Positions 1 through 9,710 of a stretch of DNA of 64,000 nucleotides are shown here, one piece after another. The notes beneath the pieces were generated by a model that saw only the letters and a program-made list of their open reading frames with translations, had not been told where the DNA came from and ran no database searches. The stretch covers positions 672,001-736,000 of the forward strand of contig CAXXWS020000002.1 of NCBI GenBank assembly GCA_963665325.3. The letters run 5' to 3'. Position numbers and translations under genes: made by a program. This DNA comes from Alphaproteobacteria bacterium. Its GTDB lineage: Bacteria > Pseudomonadota > Alphaproteobacteria > Bin95. The stretch's first letter is position 1, and each line of letters starts with the position of its first letter.

Positions 1-285
1 CGCTACGGCATCGTAGTCGCGGCGGAGGGAGGCGAGGCTTATGTCGCGCCCGACCTCGACGCCGAGATGGAGCCGGGCCGCCCGCTTGTCGAACGGCCGC
101 TGCAGCACGCGGGAAATGGCGCGGGTCGCTTCATGGTCCGGCGCCACGCCGAAACGCACCAGGCCGAACGGTTCGTCCAGCCGCTCGAACACGTCGATGA
201 CGGCGCCCCGCATGGCGCGGGCGAGCGCATCCGCCAGATAGCAGCCTGCCGGCCCCGATCCGACGATCGCGAAACGCGCCGTCAA
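1..285 (-). CDS. FprA/adrenodoxin-reductase-type ferredoxin/flavodoxin-NADP+ reductase, 5' part (runs off window start)
   Basis: Not in ORF track. Manual translation from TTG at 285 (overlaps boxB stop): MTARFAIVGSGPAGCYLADALARAMRGAVIDVFERLDEPFGLVRFGVAPDHEATRAI. It shows the GxGPAG FAD motif and the PFGLVRxGVAPDH signature of the AdR/FprA family. Confidence 0.8.
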   Translation of the reverse strand, partial: MTARFAIVGSGPAGCYLADALARAMRGAVIDVFERLDEPFGLVRFGVAPDHEATRAISRVLQRPFDKRAARLHLGVEVGRDISLASLRRDYDAVA

Positions 286-1706
286 TGCAGCTTCACATAT
301 TCGTAGTCGACCGGCTTGCCGTCGATGCCGCGCGCGGGCGGGGCGATCCAGCCCGCCATCTTTCCGGGCTCGGTGACGGCGTGCATCAGCGAATGGATAT
401 AGGCCTTGTCCTCGTCCGTCGGCAGCCAGCCGGGCAGATTGCGGCGGTAGAGGTCGTCGGCCATCGGCGCGCCGTCGGGGGCGACGGGCGCGCCGGCCCA
501 GCGGCCGATAGTGCGGCGGAAGCGCGTCGAGGGCAGGAAGAGTTCGGCGTCGAAGCCGGCGCGCTTTATCGTCCGGTTCCAGCGGGTCATGCCGATGGCG
601 CAGTCCTTCACATAGAGCCCGCGCGTGATCTCGTTCATCGCGTTGCGGGTCGGCACCTCCTCCTCAGCGACGCCGCCCGCGCCGTCGGGGACCGCGATGC
701 GCTCGGCGGTATCCAGGCAGAGATGGTCCTCGAAAGTCGCCTCGTCGGGCCGGCCCTTCAGGCCCGCGGCGAAATAGGTCGCAGCGTTCGACGAGGTCTC
801 GGAGCCGAACAGGTCGAGCGAGGAGGAGAACCAGAAGTTGATGTAGCGCTGGAGCGTCGGCAGGTCGATGGCGCCCTGGGCGCGCACGGCGTCCGGGTCG
901 TCCGTGCCGAGCGCCTGCATGACTTCGAGCGTGCGCCTGACGATCCGCCCGATGCCGGTCTCGCCGACGAACATGTGGTGGGCTTCCTCGGTCAGCATGA
1001 AGGAGCAGGTGCGCGCCAGCGGGTCGAAGGCGGACTCCGCGAACGACTTCAGTTGGTACTTGCCGTCCCGGTCGGTGAAATAGGTGAACATGAAGAAGGA
1101 GAGCCAGTCGTCGATGGGCTCGTTGAAGGTGGTCAGGATGCGCGGATTGTCCGGGTCGCCCGAATGGCGGTAGAGCAACTCCTCTGCCTCCTCGCGCCCG
1201 TCGCGCCCGAAATGGGCGTGCAGCAGATAGACCATCGCCCAGAGGTGGCGGCCCTCCTCGACATTGACCTGGAAGAGGTTGCGCAGGTCGTAGAGCGACG
1301 GGCAACTGTGCCCGAGGCGGCGCTGCTGCTCGACGGAGGCGGGCTCGGTGTCGCCCTGCGTCACGATCAGGCGGCGGAGTGCCGCGCGGAACTCGCCTGG
1401 AACCTCCGGCCAGACCGGCTTGCCCATCTCGTCGCCGAAGCCGATGCGGCGGTCCTGTTCCGGCTCGGCCAGGAAAATGCCCCAGCGGTAGTCCGGCATC
1501 CGCACATAGCCGAAGCTCGCCCAGCCTCTCGCATCGACCGCCGTCGCCGTGCGCAGATAGACATCCGCAGCCTGGTAGCCCTCCGGCCCGAGCTCGGTCC
1601 ACCAGTTGAGGAAACGGGGCTGCCAGTGCTCCAGCGCGCGCTGGAGGCGCCGGTCGCCGGAAAGATCGACATTGTTGGGGATGCGCCCCTTGTAATCGAC
1701 AGCCAT
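282..1706 (-). CDS. boxB: benzoyl-CoA 2,3-epoxidase subunit BoxB
   Basis: Start taken at MAVDYKGRIPNNVDL (474 aa). Diiron motifs QGDTEPASVEQQ, NVEEGRHLWAM, DRDGKYQL and EEAHHMFVG; ends PVDYEYV. Confidence 0.95.
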   Translation of the reverse strand: MAVDYKGRIPNNVDLSGDRRLQRALEHWQPRFLNWWTELGPEGYQAADVYLRTATAVDARGWASFGYVRMPDYRWGIFLAEPEQDRRIGFGDEMGKPVWPEVPGEFRAALRRLIVTQGDTEPASVEQQRRLGHSCPSLYDLRNLFQVNVEEGRHLWAMVYLLHAHFGRDGREEAEELLYRHSGDPDNPRILTTFNEPIDDWLSFFMFTYFTDRDGKYQLKSFAESAFDPLARTCSFMLTEEAHHMFVGETGIGRIVRRTLEVMQALGTDDPDAVRAQGAIDLPTLQRYINFWFSSSLDLFGSETSSNAATYFAAGLKGRPDEATFEDHLCLDTAERIAVPDGAGGVAEEEVPTRNAMNEITRGLYVKDCAIGMTRWNRTIKRAGFDAELFLPSTRFRRTIGRWAGAPVAPDGAPMADDLYRRNLPGWLPTDEDKAYIHSLMHAVTEPGKMAGWIAPPARGIDGKPVDYEYVKLH

Positions 1707-3328
1707 CACACGCGCCTCCAGTCGAAGCCCGGCTTTGCGCCGGAGCCGAAGCGTTTGAGCGCGCCCTCTTCGCCGACGGCGTTTGGGCGGCTGAATATCC
1801 AGTTTTGCCAGGCCGAGAGCCGGCCAAATATCTTGGTGGCCAGCGTTTCCGCCCCGCCGAAGCGCAGGCTCGCTTCCATGCCCGTCAACGCATCCGGCGA
1901 AAGCGCCGCGCGCTCCTCCAGCGCGATACGCACCTCGTCCTCCCAGTCGAGTTCGTCGGGAGCGAAGGTCACGAGGCCGGCGGCAAGTGCCTCTTCCGGC
2001 CCGAAAGATTCGGCCTTGAACTCCGGGACCGCGCCTGAAAAGCGGCAGTCGAGGCGCGTGCGCCCGTTTGCTGTTTCGAGGCCGCCGCGGTTCAGCGCGC
2101 CGAGCGCGATCCGGGGCGCGGTCTGCGGCTCGTCGAGGGGGAGGAACATGAAGCTGCGGTCGGCGGCGAGCGCGAGTTCCAGCAGCGGGCCGGCGAAGCA
2201 GGAGCCGGGCTCGACGAGCGCGATCAGCGAGCGCGAGGTCACGTCCAGCCGAGCGAGCGCGCGCCGCCACCAGGCGACGGTCTCGCGCAGGAACCGGTCC
2301 GTTTCGACGCCCTCGGCCAGCAGCGCATCCACGGCAAGCAACGCCTCCGGGTCGCCCTCGGTTCTCAGCACCCAGGCGCCGACCTGCTCGTGATTGGTGC
2401 GCAGCATCAGCACCGCGTCTTCGAGTTCGCGCGCGGCGGCAAGCGGCCACCAGCCGGCAGAGCGTTCCACCGCAACCGGGCCGGAGGGACCCAAGACCGT
2501 GATTTCCGCCAGCCGCCGTGCGTCGTCGATCCGCACGCGCACATTCGGGTAGCGGTATCCGTCCGGTTCGATATGCCGTTCCAGCGGCGAGAGCGCTACT
2601 GGATCGCCGGCGGGCAGGCCCGGCCGGGAGGCGAGTTCCTCCGCGCGCGCCCTGACCGCGGCCTCGAAGCGCTGCGGCGGTGCGGTGCGGTCCACCAGGC
2701 CCCATTCGAGCGCGCGGCGCCCGCGCGCCCCGTCGGGGTCGGTGCAGATTACGTCGGCGAGGTCGCGGCGCACGCGGCGCTTGTCGGTGATGCGCGTCAG
2801 GCCGCCCGTGCCCGGCAGCACGCCCAACAGGGGGACTTCCGGAAGGCTGACTGCGCTCGACCTGTCGTCCACCAGCCAGATCTCGTCGCAGGCCAGCGCC
2901 AGCTCGTAGCCGCCGCCCGCCGCCGTGCCGTTGCAGGCCGCGATGAAGGCGATGCCGGACCGCCGGCTCGTATCCTCCATGAAGTTGCGGGTCTCGTTGG
3001 TGAAGCGGCAGAAATTGACCTTCGCCGCATGGCTTGACCCGGCGAGCATGTAGATGTTTGCACCGGCGCAGAACATGCGCTCCATGCCGCTGGTCACGAT
3101 GACTGCGCGGACCTGCGGATGCTCGAAGCGCAGGCGGTCGAGGGCGTCGTTCAGCTCGATATCCACGCCGAGATCGTAGGAGTTCTGCTTGAGCTGGTAG
3201 CCCGGACGGAGGCCTCCGTCTTCATCCACCCTGAGCGTGAGCGTTGCGACGGTCCCATCCACGGCAAGCGACCAGTGCCGGTAATGCTCCGGGTCGCGGT
3301 CGTAAGCGATGAGCGTATTGTCGATCAT
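1706..3328 (-). CDS. boxC: 2,3-epoxybenzoyl-CoA dihydrolase BoxC
   Basis: Double crotonase fold; YQLKQNSYDLGVDIEL, KVNFCRFTNETR, IFGRLSAWQNWIF; stop overlaps boxB start. Confidence 0.95.
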   Translation of the reverse strand: MIDNTLIAYDRDPEHYRHWSLAVDGTVATLTLRVDEDGGLRPGYQLKQNSYDLGVDIELNDALDRLRFEHPQVRAVIVTSGMERMFCAGANIYMLAGSSHAAKVNFCRFTNETRNFMEDTSRRSGIAFIAACNGTAAGGGYELALACDEIWLVDDRSSAVSLPEVPLLGVLPGTGGLTRITDKRRVRRDLADVICTDPDGARGRRALEWGLVDRTAPPQRFEAAVRARAEELASRPGLPAGDPVALSPLERHIEPDGYRYPNVRVRIDDARRLAEITVLGPSGPVAVERSAGWWPLAAARELEDAVLMLRTNHEQVGAWVLRTEGDPEALLAVDALLAEGVETDRFLRETVAWWRRALARLDVTSRSLIALVEPGSCFAGPLLELALAADRSFMFLPLDEPQTAPRIALGALNRGGLETANGRTRLDCRFSGAVPEFKAESFGPEEALAAGLVTFAPDELDWEDEVRIALEERAALSPDALTGMEASLRFGGAETLATKIFGRLSAWQNWIFSRPNAVGEEGALKRFGSGAKPGFDWRRV

Positions 3329-3331
3329 ATA

Positions 3332-3348
3332 TGCACTATAATTCCTGT
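3332..3348 (-). promoter_or_regulatory. 17-bp motif ACAGGAATTATAGTGCA directly upstream of boxC; candidate BoxR operator/-10 element
   Basis: 16/17 identical to ACAGGAATTATAATGCA at 4210-4226; each lies 3-4 nt before an ATG. Confidence 0.6.
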
Positions 3349-4208
3349 CCGGCCGGGGTCAACCCTTCGCGGATCATGCGGCGCGCGGTGCGCTCCAGGT
3401 CGTCGAGGCAGTCTTCGAGCGGGCGGCCGGAGGTGTCGAGGCGGGCGTCGGAGCGGGCGTAGTCGGGGCTGCGGGCGGCGAGGATCGCGCGCAGGTCCGC
3501 CATCGCTTCCGGGTTGTCGGCCATCGGACGGCGGTCGCCCTGGGCGGCGACGCGCGCCATGTGCTCCTCGGGCGAGGCCGTCAGCCAGACGGTATGGGTC
3601 CGGGCGAAAAGCAGGTCGAACGTCGCCGCCTCCGCGACGATGCCGCCCGGCGTGGCGATCACCATGCGCTGCCCCCCGTCCACCAACCGATTGAGTGCCC
3701 GATACTCCTGCCGCCGCAGGCCGGGCTGGCCCGACAGGGCCAGGATTTCCGCGACATCGGCGCCGTAGTCCCTTTCGATCTCGCGGGTAAGTTCGACGAA
3801 AGGCCAGTCGAGACGTTTGGCCAGCAACCGGCCGAGCGTCGTCTTTCCGGCCCCCCGCAAGCCTACAAGCGCAATCCGTTCCGCCTTGTCGGCAGTCCCC
3901 CCGAAGTGGCGTTCCAGCAGCGCGCGGGCGGCGGCCCGGTCCTCGGGGCCGAGCCGCTCCAGCAGGGCGGCTGCAGCGTCGTGGGACGGAGGCGAGAACA
4001 GTGCCGCCAGGTCCACACCTATGGCCCCGCCGATGCGGGCCAGCACGCCTATGGACGGGTTCGCCCTTCCGTTCTCCAACTCCGCGAGATAGCGTTCCGA
4101 TACCGCGCTGTCCCGCGCCAGAATGCGCCGGCTCATCCCGCGCGCGGCCCGGAGCGTGCGCAGCCTTGCGCCAAGCGGCGCGGCGAGGTTTTCCTTGGCG
4201 GCATCCAT
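3336..4208 (-). CDS. boxR: BoxR/BzdR-type regulator (XRE HTH + shikimate-kinase-like domain)
   Basis: HTH (LRAARGMSRRILARDSAVSERYLAELENGRANPSI) fused to a P-loop domain (GLRGAGKTT) and GDRRPM; start at MDAAKEN. Confidence 0.9.
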   Translation of the reverse strand: MDAAKENLAAPLGARLRTLRAARGMSRRILARDSAVSERYLAELENGRANPSIGVLARIGGAIGVDLAALFSPPSHDAAAALLERLGPEDRAAARALLERHFGGTADKAERIALVGLRGAGKTTLGRLLAKRLDWPFVELTREIERDYGADVAEILALSGQPGLRRQEYRALNRLVDGGQRMVIATPGGIVAEAATFDLLFARTHTVWLTASPEEHMARVAAQGDRRPMADNPEAMADLRAILAARSPDYARSDARLDTSGRPLEDCLDDLERTARRMIREGLTPAGQEL

Positions 4209-4209
4209 T

Positions 4210-4226
4210 ACAGGAATTATAATGCA
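4210..4226. promoter_or_regulatory. Bidirectional -10 palindrome ATTATAAT (4216-4223) inside second copy of the 17-bp motif
   Basis: TATAAT on both strands, each exactly 7 nt from the ATG of the divergent genes (4208 minus, 4231 plus). Confidence 0.6.
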
Positions 4227-4230
4227 GGAT

Positions 4231-4695
4231 ATGAGCAGCACTGTCACCATCTATGTCGCGACGATGACCGGCACGGCCGATCTCGTCGCCGAGGAAGTCC
4301 AGGCCGCGCTGGAGGACGAGGGCGTGCAGGTGGAGCTCCAGCCGATGGACGATCTCGACGCGGGCGCTTTCGCCGCGCCGGGTCTCTACCTCGTCGTCAG
4401 CTCCACCTACGGCCAGGGCGACGTGCCGGACAACGGCCAGGCGCTTGCGGATGCGCTGGAGCGCGAGCGGCCCGACCTCGCCCATGTCCGCTACGGCCTG
4501 TTCGCACTCGGCGACATGACCTATGCGCGCACCTTCTGCGGCGGCGGCATGACCTTCGACCGGATCCTGAGCGAGCTCGGCGCAAGGCGCGTGGGCGAGC
4601 CGATGCGCCATAATGCGTCCTCCGGCGTCCTGCCCGAGGATGAGGCGGCGGACTGGGCGCGCGCGTGGTATGAAGGCGCCATGGCGGAGGCGTGA
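4231..4695 (+). CDS. flavodoxin (MioC-like, short chain)
   Basis: FMN motifs ATMTGTA, SSTYGQGDVPDN and ALGDMTYARTFCGGG. Confidence 0.9.
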   Translation: MSSTVTIYVATMTGTADLVAEEVQAALEDEGVQVELQPMDDLDAGAFAAPGLYLVVSSTYGQGDVPDNGQALADALERERPDLAHVRYGLFALGDMTYARTFCGGGMTFDRILSELGARRVGEPMRHNASSGVLPEDEAADWARAWYEGAMAEA

Positions 4696-6185
4696 GCGCA
4701 ATGGCCGGTTACAACGCGGCGGCGGACCTGATCGGGCGCAACCTCGCGGCCGGGCGCGGCGCGAAGGCGGCGGTGATCGACAGCCGGGGCGCCCACAGCT
4801 ATGCCGATATCGAGGCTGCGACGAGTCGGTTCGCGCATGCGTTGGCCCGGATGGGTGTGCGGCGCGAGGAGCGCATCCTCCTCTGCCTCAACGACACCGT
4901 GGATTTCCACACCTGCTTCCTTGGCGCCATCAAGGCAGGCGTCGTGCCGGTTCCGGTCAACACACGGCTTACCCGCGACGACTACGCCTTCATGCTGCGC
5001 GATGCCCGCGCGCAGGCGGCCTTCGTTTCGTCAAATCTGGCTCCGGTCTTCGAGGGCCTGCATGACCGCGTGACCCTGGACGGCGGCGGGTTGTCGGAGG
5101 CGATCGCGCCCGAGAGCCCCGTTTTCGCCCCGGCCGACACCGTCGAGGACGAGATGTGCTTCTGGCTCTACACCTCGGGCACGACGGGCCAGCCGAAAGG
5201 CGCGGTGCACCTGCATGGCGACATGGCGCGCACGGCGGACCTTTATGCCGGACCGACGCTGGGCGTGAGCGAAGACGACGTGCTGTTCTCCGCCGCCAAG
5301 CTGTTCTTCGCCTACGGGCTCGGCAACGGCCTGACCTTCCCGATGGCGGCCGGAGCGACAGCCGTGCTGCTCGAAGGTCCGCCAGAGCCGGCGCCGATCT
5401 GCCGTCTGCTGCGAGAGGCGAAGCCTTCGATCTTCTTCGGCGTGCCGACCCTGTTCGCCATGCTGCTGGCGAGCGGCGAGGCGCCGGGGCCGGGCGAGCA
5501 CGGGCTGCGGCTGGCGGTCTCGGCCGGCGAAGCGCTGCCTCCCGAAATCCTGCGCCGCTGGCAGGAGGCCGTCGGCGTGGACATACTGGACGGCCTCGGC
5601 TCGACCGAGATGCTGCATATCTTCATCACCAACTGTGTCGGCGACATCGCGCCGGGGGCTTCGGGGCGCCCGGTGGAGGGCTACGAGGTACGGCTGGTGG
5701 ACGATGACGACCGGGTGATCGAGGAGGCCGGCGCGCTCGGCGCGCTCGAGGTCAAGGGGCCGACCAGCGCGGTGTTCTACTGGAACCGGCGGGCGCGCTC
5801 GACGCAGACCTTCAGGGGCGCATGGACCCGCACGGGCGACAAATACACCCGCGACGAGAACGGCGTTTACGCCTTTGCGGGCCGCGACGACGACATGCTC
5901 AAGGTCGGCGGCATCTATGTGTCGCCCTTCGAGGTCGAAGGCGCACTGCTGAAGCATGAGGCGGTGCTGGAGGCGGCGGTGGTCGGCGCGGCGGACCCGG
6001 ACGGCCTCATCAAGCCCAAGGCCTTCGTGGTTCTGCAGGAGGGCAGGGAGGCCGGGGCGGCGGAGCTCCAGGACTTCGTGCGCGGTCAGCTGGCGTCCTA
6101 CAAGTATCCGCGCTGGGTCGAATTCGTGGACGAACTGCCAAAGACGGCGACGGGCAAGATCCAGCGATACAAGCTCCGCGCATGA
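4692..6185 (+). CDS. benzoate-CoA ligase family protein (BclA/BadA-like)
   Basis: FWLYTSGTTGQPKG, AAKLFFAYGLGN, DGLGSTEMLHIF and LPKTATGKIQR; box-cluster context. Confidence 0.9.
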   Translation: MSAMAGYNAAADLIGRNLAAGRGAKAAVIDSRGAHSYADIEAATSRFAHALARMGVRREERILLCLNDTVDFHTCFLGAIKAGVVPVPVNTRLTRDDYAFMLRDARAQAAFVSSNLAPVFEGLHDRVTLDGGGLSEAIAPESPVFAPADTVEDEMCFWLYTSGTTGQPKGAVHLHGDMARTADLYAGPTLGVSEDDVLFSAAKLFFAYGLGNGLTFPMAAGATAVLLEGPPEPAPICRLLREAKPSIFFGVPTLFAMLLASGEAPGPGEHGLRLAVSAGEALPPEILRRWQEAVGVDILDGLGSTEMLHIFITNCVGDIAPGASGRPVEGYEVRLVDDDDRVIEEAGALGALEVKGPTSAVFYWNRRARSTQTFRGAWTRTGDKYTRDENGVYAFAGRDDDMLKVGGIYVSPFEVEGALLKHEAVLEAAVVGAADPDGLIKPKAFVVLQEGREAGAAELQDFVRGQLASYKYPRWVEFVDELPKTATGKIQRYKLRA

Positions 6186-6982
6186 GCGGTCCGCCGGTCC
6201 TGGACGGCCGGCTCACCCTCGGCGACGGCGAAATCGAATACCGCCGGATCGAGGGCGACCCGGCCTTGCCGGTTACGGTGTTCCTGCACGAAGGGCTCGG
6301 GTCGGCCGCCCTCTGGCGCGATTTCCCGGACCGGGTGGCAGCGGAGACGGGCGCGGCTGCGCTGGTCTATTCCCGCCTCGGCTATGGCGGCTCGTCGCTG
6401 CCGGCCGGCGGCGCATTCCCGCTCGATTACATGCATGTCGAGGCCGAAAGGCGCCTGCCGGCGATACTCGCCGCCCTCGATATCGAACGGCCCCTGCTCG
6501 TCGGCCACAGCGACGGCGGCTCCATCGCGCTCATCCATGCCGGCGCCTTTCCCGAGGCAGTTGCCGGCCTTGTCGTCATGGCGCCGCACGTGTTCGTTGA
6601 GGACTGCTCGATCCGCGCCATCGCGGAGGCCCGGCGTGCCTTCGACAGCGGCGGCCTCGACAAACGGCTTGCCCGCTGGCACCGGGACGCCGCCGGGACT
6701 TTCGACGCCTGGAACCTGGCCTGGCTCGACCCGCGGTTCCGCGAGTGGAACATCGAAAGCTACCTGCCGGCCGTCACCGTGCCGCTGCTGGCCTTCCAGG
6801 GCGAGGCCGACCCTTATGGCACGCGCGCCCAGACCGACTGCATCGCCGCGCAGGTCTCGGGCCCGTCGGAGGTCGTGCTGCTGCCCGGTTGCGGCCATGC
6901 CCCTTGGCGCGAGGCCGGGGAAGCCGTGATTCCGGCCATGACGGCCTTCGTGGCCCGAATTGCAGGCGGCTACAGGTTGTAG
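6182..6982 (+). CDS. alpha/beta hydrolase (box-cluster associated)
   Basis: FLHEGLGS, GHSDGG nucleophile elbow, DPYG and GHAPW. Confidence 0.85.
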   Translation: MSGPPVLDGRLTLGDGEIEYRRIEGDPALPVTVFLHEGLGSAALWRDFPDRVAAETGAAALVYSRLGYGGSSLPAGGAFPLDYMHVEAERRLPAILAALDIERPLLVGHSDGGSIALIHAGAFPEAVAGLVVMAPHVFVEDCSIRAIAEARRAFDSGGLDKRLARWHRDAAGTFDAWNLAWLDPRFREWNIESYLPAVTVPLLAFQGEADPYGTRAQTDCIAAQVSGPSEVVLLPGCGHAPWREAGEAVIPAMTAFVARIAGGYRL

Positions 6983-8286
6983 ACGAAGCTCACGGCGATG
7001 AAGCTGTCGCGGCGCACGTCGTAGAGGGCGTCCGCCTGCCAGTCGACGCCGTGAAAGGCCGTGCCCTCGAGTTTCACCGACCAGTTGTCGTCCAGCCGCC
7101 GCTTTGCCTCGAAGCCGAAGGCCCGTCCGGCATGGTCAAGGTCCTCGATCACGCTGACGATGAACTCGGTGCCCTCGACATCATTCAGGGCCAGACGGGC
7201 AGCGAGGAACAGGTCGTTCTCGAAGGCGTTGGTTGCACGCTCGGGCCCGCGCCCGTCCCGGTACCACTCCGCCAGCAGGGTGATTTCGGCGTCCGTGTCG
7301 AAGACGGAATACAAGGTGTGCTCGCCGCCGACTATCCACGCGCCGTAATCGTCTTCCTCGCCGAAGGGGTGCGCCATGCTGGGCCGGTTGCTCGCGCCGA
7401 GGCGACGGATGGCCTCCAGCTTGAACAGCCACGGCCCGGTGGTGAGCTGCGCGTCCAGCCCGAACTGGCGAATCTTTTCGTAGTGCGGGTGCAAAGCCGT
7501 GGGCACGGGAAATGGCAGTCCAGGGACTTCCAGGAATTCAGCCGGCCGCAATGACGGCTCCCGGTTCTGGCCGTCGAACCAGCTGAGGCCGAGACCGACA
7601 AGGCCGAAGCTCCCGTTGTAGCGCAGCGCCCAGTCCATGTGCCGTTCCTCGGCGGCGCTGTCATAGGTCGCCTTGTCACTGTCCACGACCAGGCGGCTGC
7701 GAAGCCGGCCGGCGCGGCCCGGATAGGTGCGCTCGCGGTGCCAGGGCAGGAGGAACAGCTCCAGGGAGCCCCAGTCCGCGGACCATGTGCCGTGAGCCAT
7801 CAACTGGCCGAGCTTGGTCTTTTCGTCGGGGTGCTCGATCAGGTCCGTCTGGTTGACGATATCGACGATATTGCGCACCTCCGCCACGCCCCAGGCGACC
7901 CGGTCCACGCCGAGGCGCAACTCCCACTCCCCTTCGCCGAGTTCGCCGTAGAGCAACAGGAAGGCTTCGCGGAGGTCGGCATGGGTGCGGCGCGGGTCGG
8001 CGCTGTCGTACCGGAAGAAGGGCGAGATCGTGAGGCTGCGGCCCTCCTCGTCCTCGGCATAGAGTTCCGGCTTCGCCGTGAAGCCGCCCGCATGCGAACG
8101 CTGGCCGGAATGGAGCGCGCTGTCCGGATACCACCGGCTCTCGATGCTGAACCGGCCCGACAGTTCGACCTCGATATCTTCGGCCGCGGCCGGGGCGAGG
8201 CCGAGGCAGGCCGGAAGGACGGCAACGAGGAGCCGAAGCGCCGGTGCGCGCGCTCGACGGTTTGCGTCTTTTCGGAACAATCGCAC
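6970..8286 (-). CDS. putative outer-membrane beta-barrel protein of unknown function
   Basis: Signal peptide (LLVAVLPACLGLAPAAA), alternating beta-strand pattern, C-terminal FIAVSFVYNL; start inferred at GTG 8286. Confidence 0.65.
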   Translation of the reverse strand: MRLFRKDANRRARAPALRLLVAVLPACLGLAPAAAEDIEVELSGRFSIESRWYPDSALHSGQRSHAGGFTAKPELYAEDEEGRSLTISPFFRYDSADPRRTHADLREAFLLLYGELGEGEWELRLGVDRVAWGVAEVRNIVDIVNQTDLIEHPDEKTKLGQLMAHGTWSADWGSLELFLLPWHRERTYPGRAGRLRSRLVVDSDKATYDSAAEERHMDWALRYNGSFGLVGLGLSWFDGQNREPSLRPAEFLEVPGLPFPVPTALHPHYEKIRQFGLDAQLTTGPWLFKLEAIRRLGASNRPSMAHPFGEEDDYGAWIVGGEHTLYSVFDTDAEITLLAEWYRDGRGPERATNAFENDLFLAARLALNDVEGTEFIVSVIEDLDHAGRAFGFEAKRRLDDNWSVKLEGTAFHGVDWQADALYDVRRDSFIAVSFVYNL

Positions 8287-8321
8287 CGTGTACGCCTCCG
8301 ATTCTCGGTGATGTCGCGGAA

Positions 8322-9392
8322 TCAACTGAGGGGATATGCCGTTTCCGGGACGCGGGGAAGACCGCGGCCGAGACCGGTGAACAGAATTTTCAGGGCTGCA
8401 TCGAATCGCGCCAGCGCGCTGGTGGTCACGACCACCGTCTTTACGGCGCGCCGCGATATCTTGACCTCCTGGCCGCTGCCGAATGCCGGCGTCGTGTAGG
8501 TCCGGCGCAGGGTGAGCACCGCCATTCCCAGCGACCACAGGCAAAAGCGGCGGATGCCGGTCTCGTGCGCAGGGATCAGCAGGATGTATCGAAGCGCATT
8601 GGCGAGATGCTGGCCGGCGATCGCGATCAGCCTGTTGAGCCCTTCGATGAACCCCGGATCGGCCTCGCCCGGCGAGAGCGAGCGAAGATCGAAGCCGGCC
8701 GAGAGAAAGACGCTTCGCGGCAGCCAGCACGCCCCGCGGCTCCGGTCCTCCCATATGTCCTTCAGGATGTTGGTCATCTGGAGGCCCTGTCCGTAGGAGG
8801 CCGACAATGCGAAGAGCTCCTCACGCCGCGCGTCGATCTCGTCGGAATAGTCGCAGAACAGCTCCGTCAGCATTTCGCCGACGACGCCCGCAACGAAGTA
8901 GCAATAGCGGTCGAGGTGCCGGAGGTCGCTCAACCCTTCGAGGCTGGCCCCGTCCTGGAACTCGGCCATGCCGTGCGTCATGATCCTTACACAGCGCAAC
9001 ATTGCCTGCCGTTGCGGGGCGGAGAAGCTGTCCGTGACCCGCATGACGCGGGGAACGTTGGCGATCAGGTCGCGCTCGGCCCCGGTCGTCGAACGGGTCA
9101 GCAGGACATTGAGTTCGTCTGCAAAGGCCCCGGGCGCCTCGCTGCCTTCGACGACGCCGACCCAGCGTTCGGAGAATTCGCGTTTTTGGGCTGCGGAGAG
9201 CGCGGCTTCGTCTTCGATGGTGTCCGCAATCCGGCAGAGCAGGTAGGCATTGCCCACCGCATCCCTGAGCGGAGCCGGCAGTTGGGGAATGGTGAGCGCG
9301 AAGGTTCGGGAAACGCCCTGCAGGCTTTCCGCCTGGTAAGCGAGGTCCCCTTGAAGGGCGGTTTCGCCAATTGCCGTTTTCAGCTTCGACAT
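8322..9392 (-). CDS. squalene/phytoene synthase family protein
   Basis: [31 protein letters not shown] and [14 protein letters not shown] motifs. Confidence 0.9.
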   Translation of the reverse strand: MSKLKTAIGETALQGDLAYQAESLQGVSRTFALTIPQLPAPLRDAVGNAYLLCRIADTIEDEAALSAAQKREFSERWVGVVEGSEAPGAFADELNVLLTRSTTGAERDLIANVPRVMRVTDSFSAPQRQAMLRCVRIMTHGMAEFQDGASLEGLSDLRHLDRYCYFVAGVVGEMLTELFCDYSDEIDARREELFALSASYGQGLQMTNILKDIWEDRSRGACWLPRSVFLSAGFDLRSLSPGEADPGFIEGLNRLIAIAGQHLANALRYILLIPAHETGIRRFCLWSLGMAVLTLRRTYTTPAFGSGQEVKISRRAVKTVVVTTSALARFDAALKILFTGLGRGLPRVPETAYPLS

Positions 9393-9520
9393 CCCGCTGT
9401 AGCGTCGGCTGCTATCCGGCCGGGCCTCCGGGACCCGCTCATCCAATGGTTTCCGACCGGGCAGGCCAAGTCAAGCGGGGGCGTCACCCCTCATAACCGC
9501 CGCGCCGATTTTCCGTTTCC

Positions 9521-9630
9521 GCCGGATATCGCCCGCCCGATAGTCTGCTACAGTCCCGCGGCGGTCGGGAGGGCAGGGGATGCGGGCGAATCCGGGACCG
9601 AACGCCGGATCGGCATCGACATCGGCAGCA
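9521..9630 (+). repeat. Degenerate direct copy of 9935-10055 (hydantoinase upstream region + first codons)
   Basis: gccggatatcgcccgcccgatagtctgctacagt...gaatccgggaccgaacgccggatcggcatcgacatcggc vs gccggatatggcccgccggatagtttgctacagt...gaatccgggaccgaataccggatcggtatcgatattggc. Confidence 0.8.
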
Positions 9631-9710
9631 AAACGCATATTGCAGTTTCCGAGGCCTGACTCAACGCTGCGAGGAAAGTTGTAGTTGGCGAATCCGGGGG
9701 AACCGACGCC

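Noticed and set aside
1707-2705. 807-aa extended BoxB
   Set aside because: The extension overlaps boxC out of frame; the normal-length protein starts at 1706.
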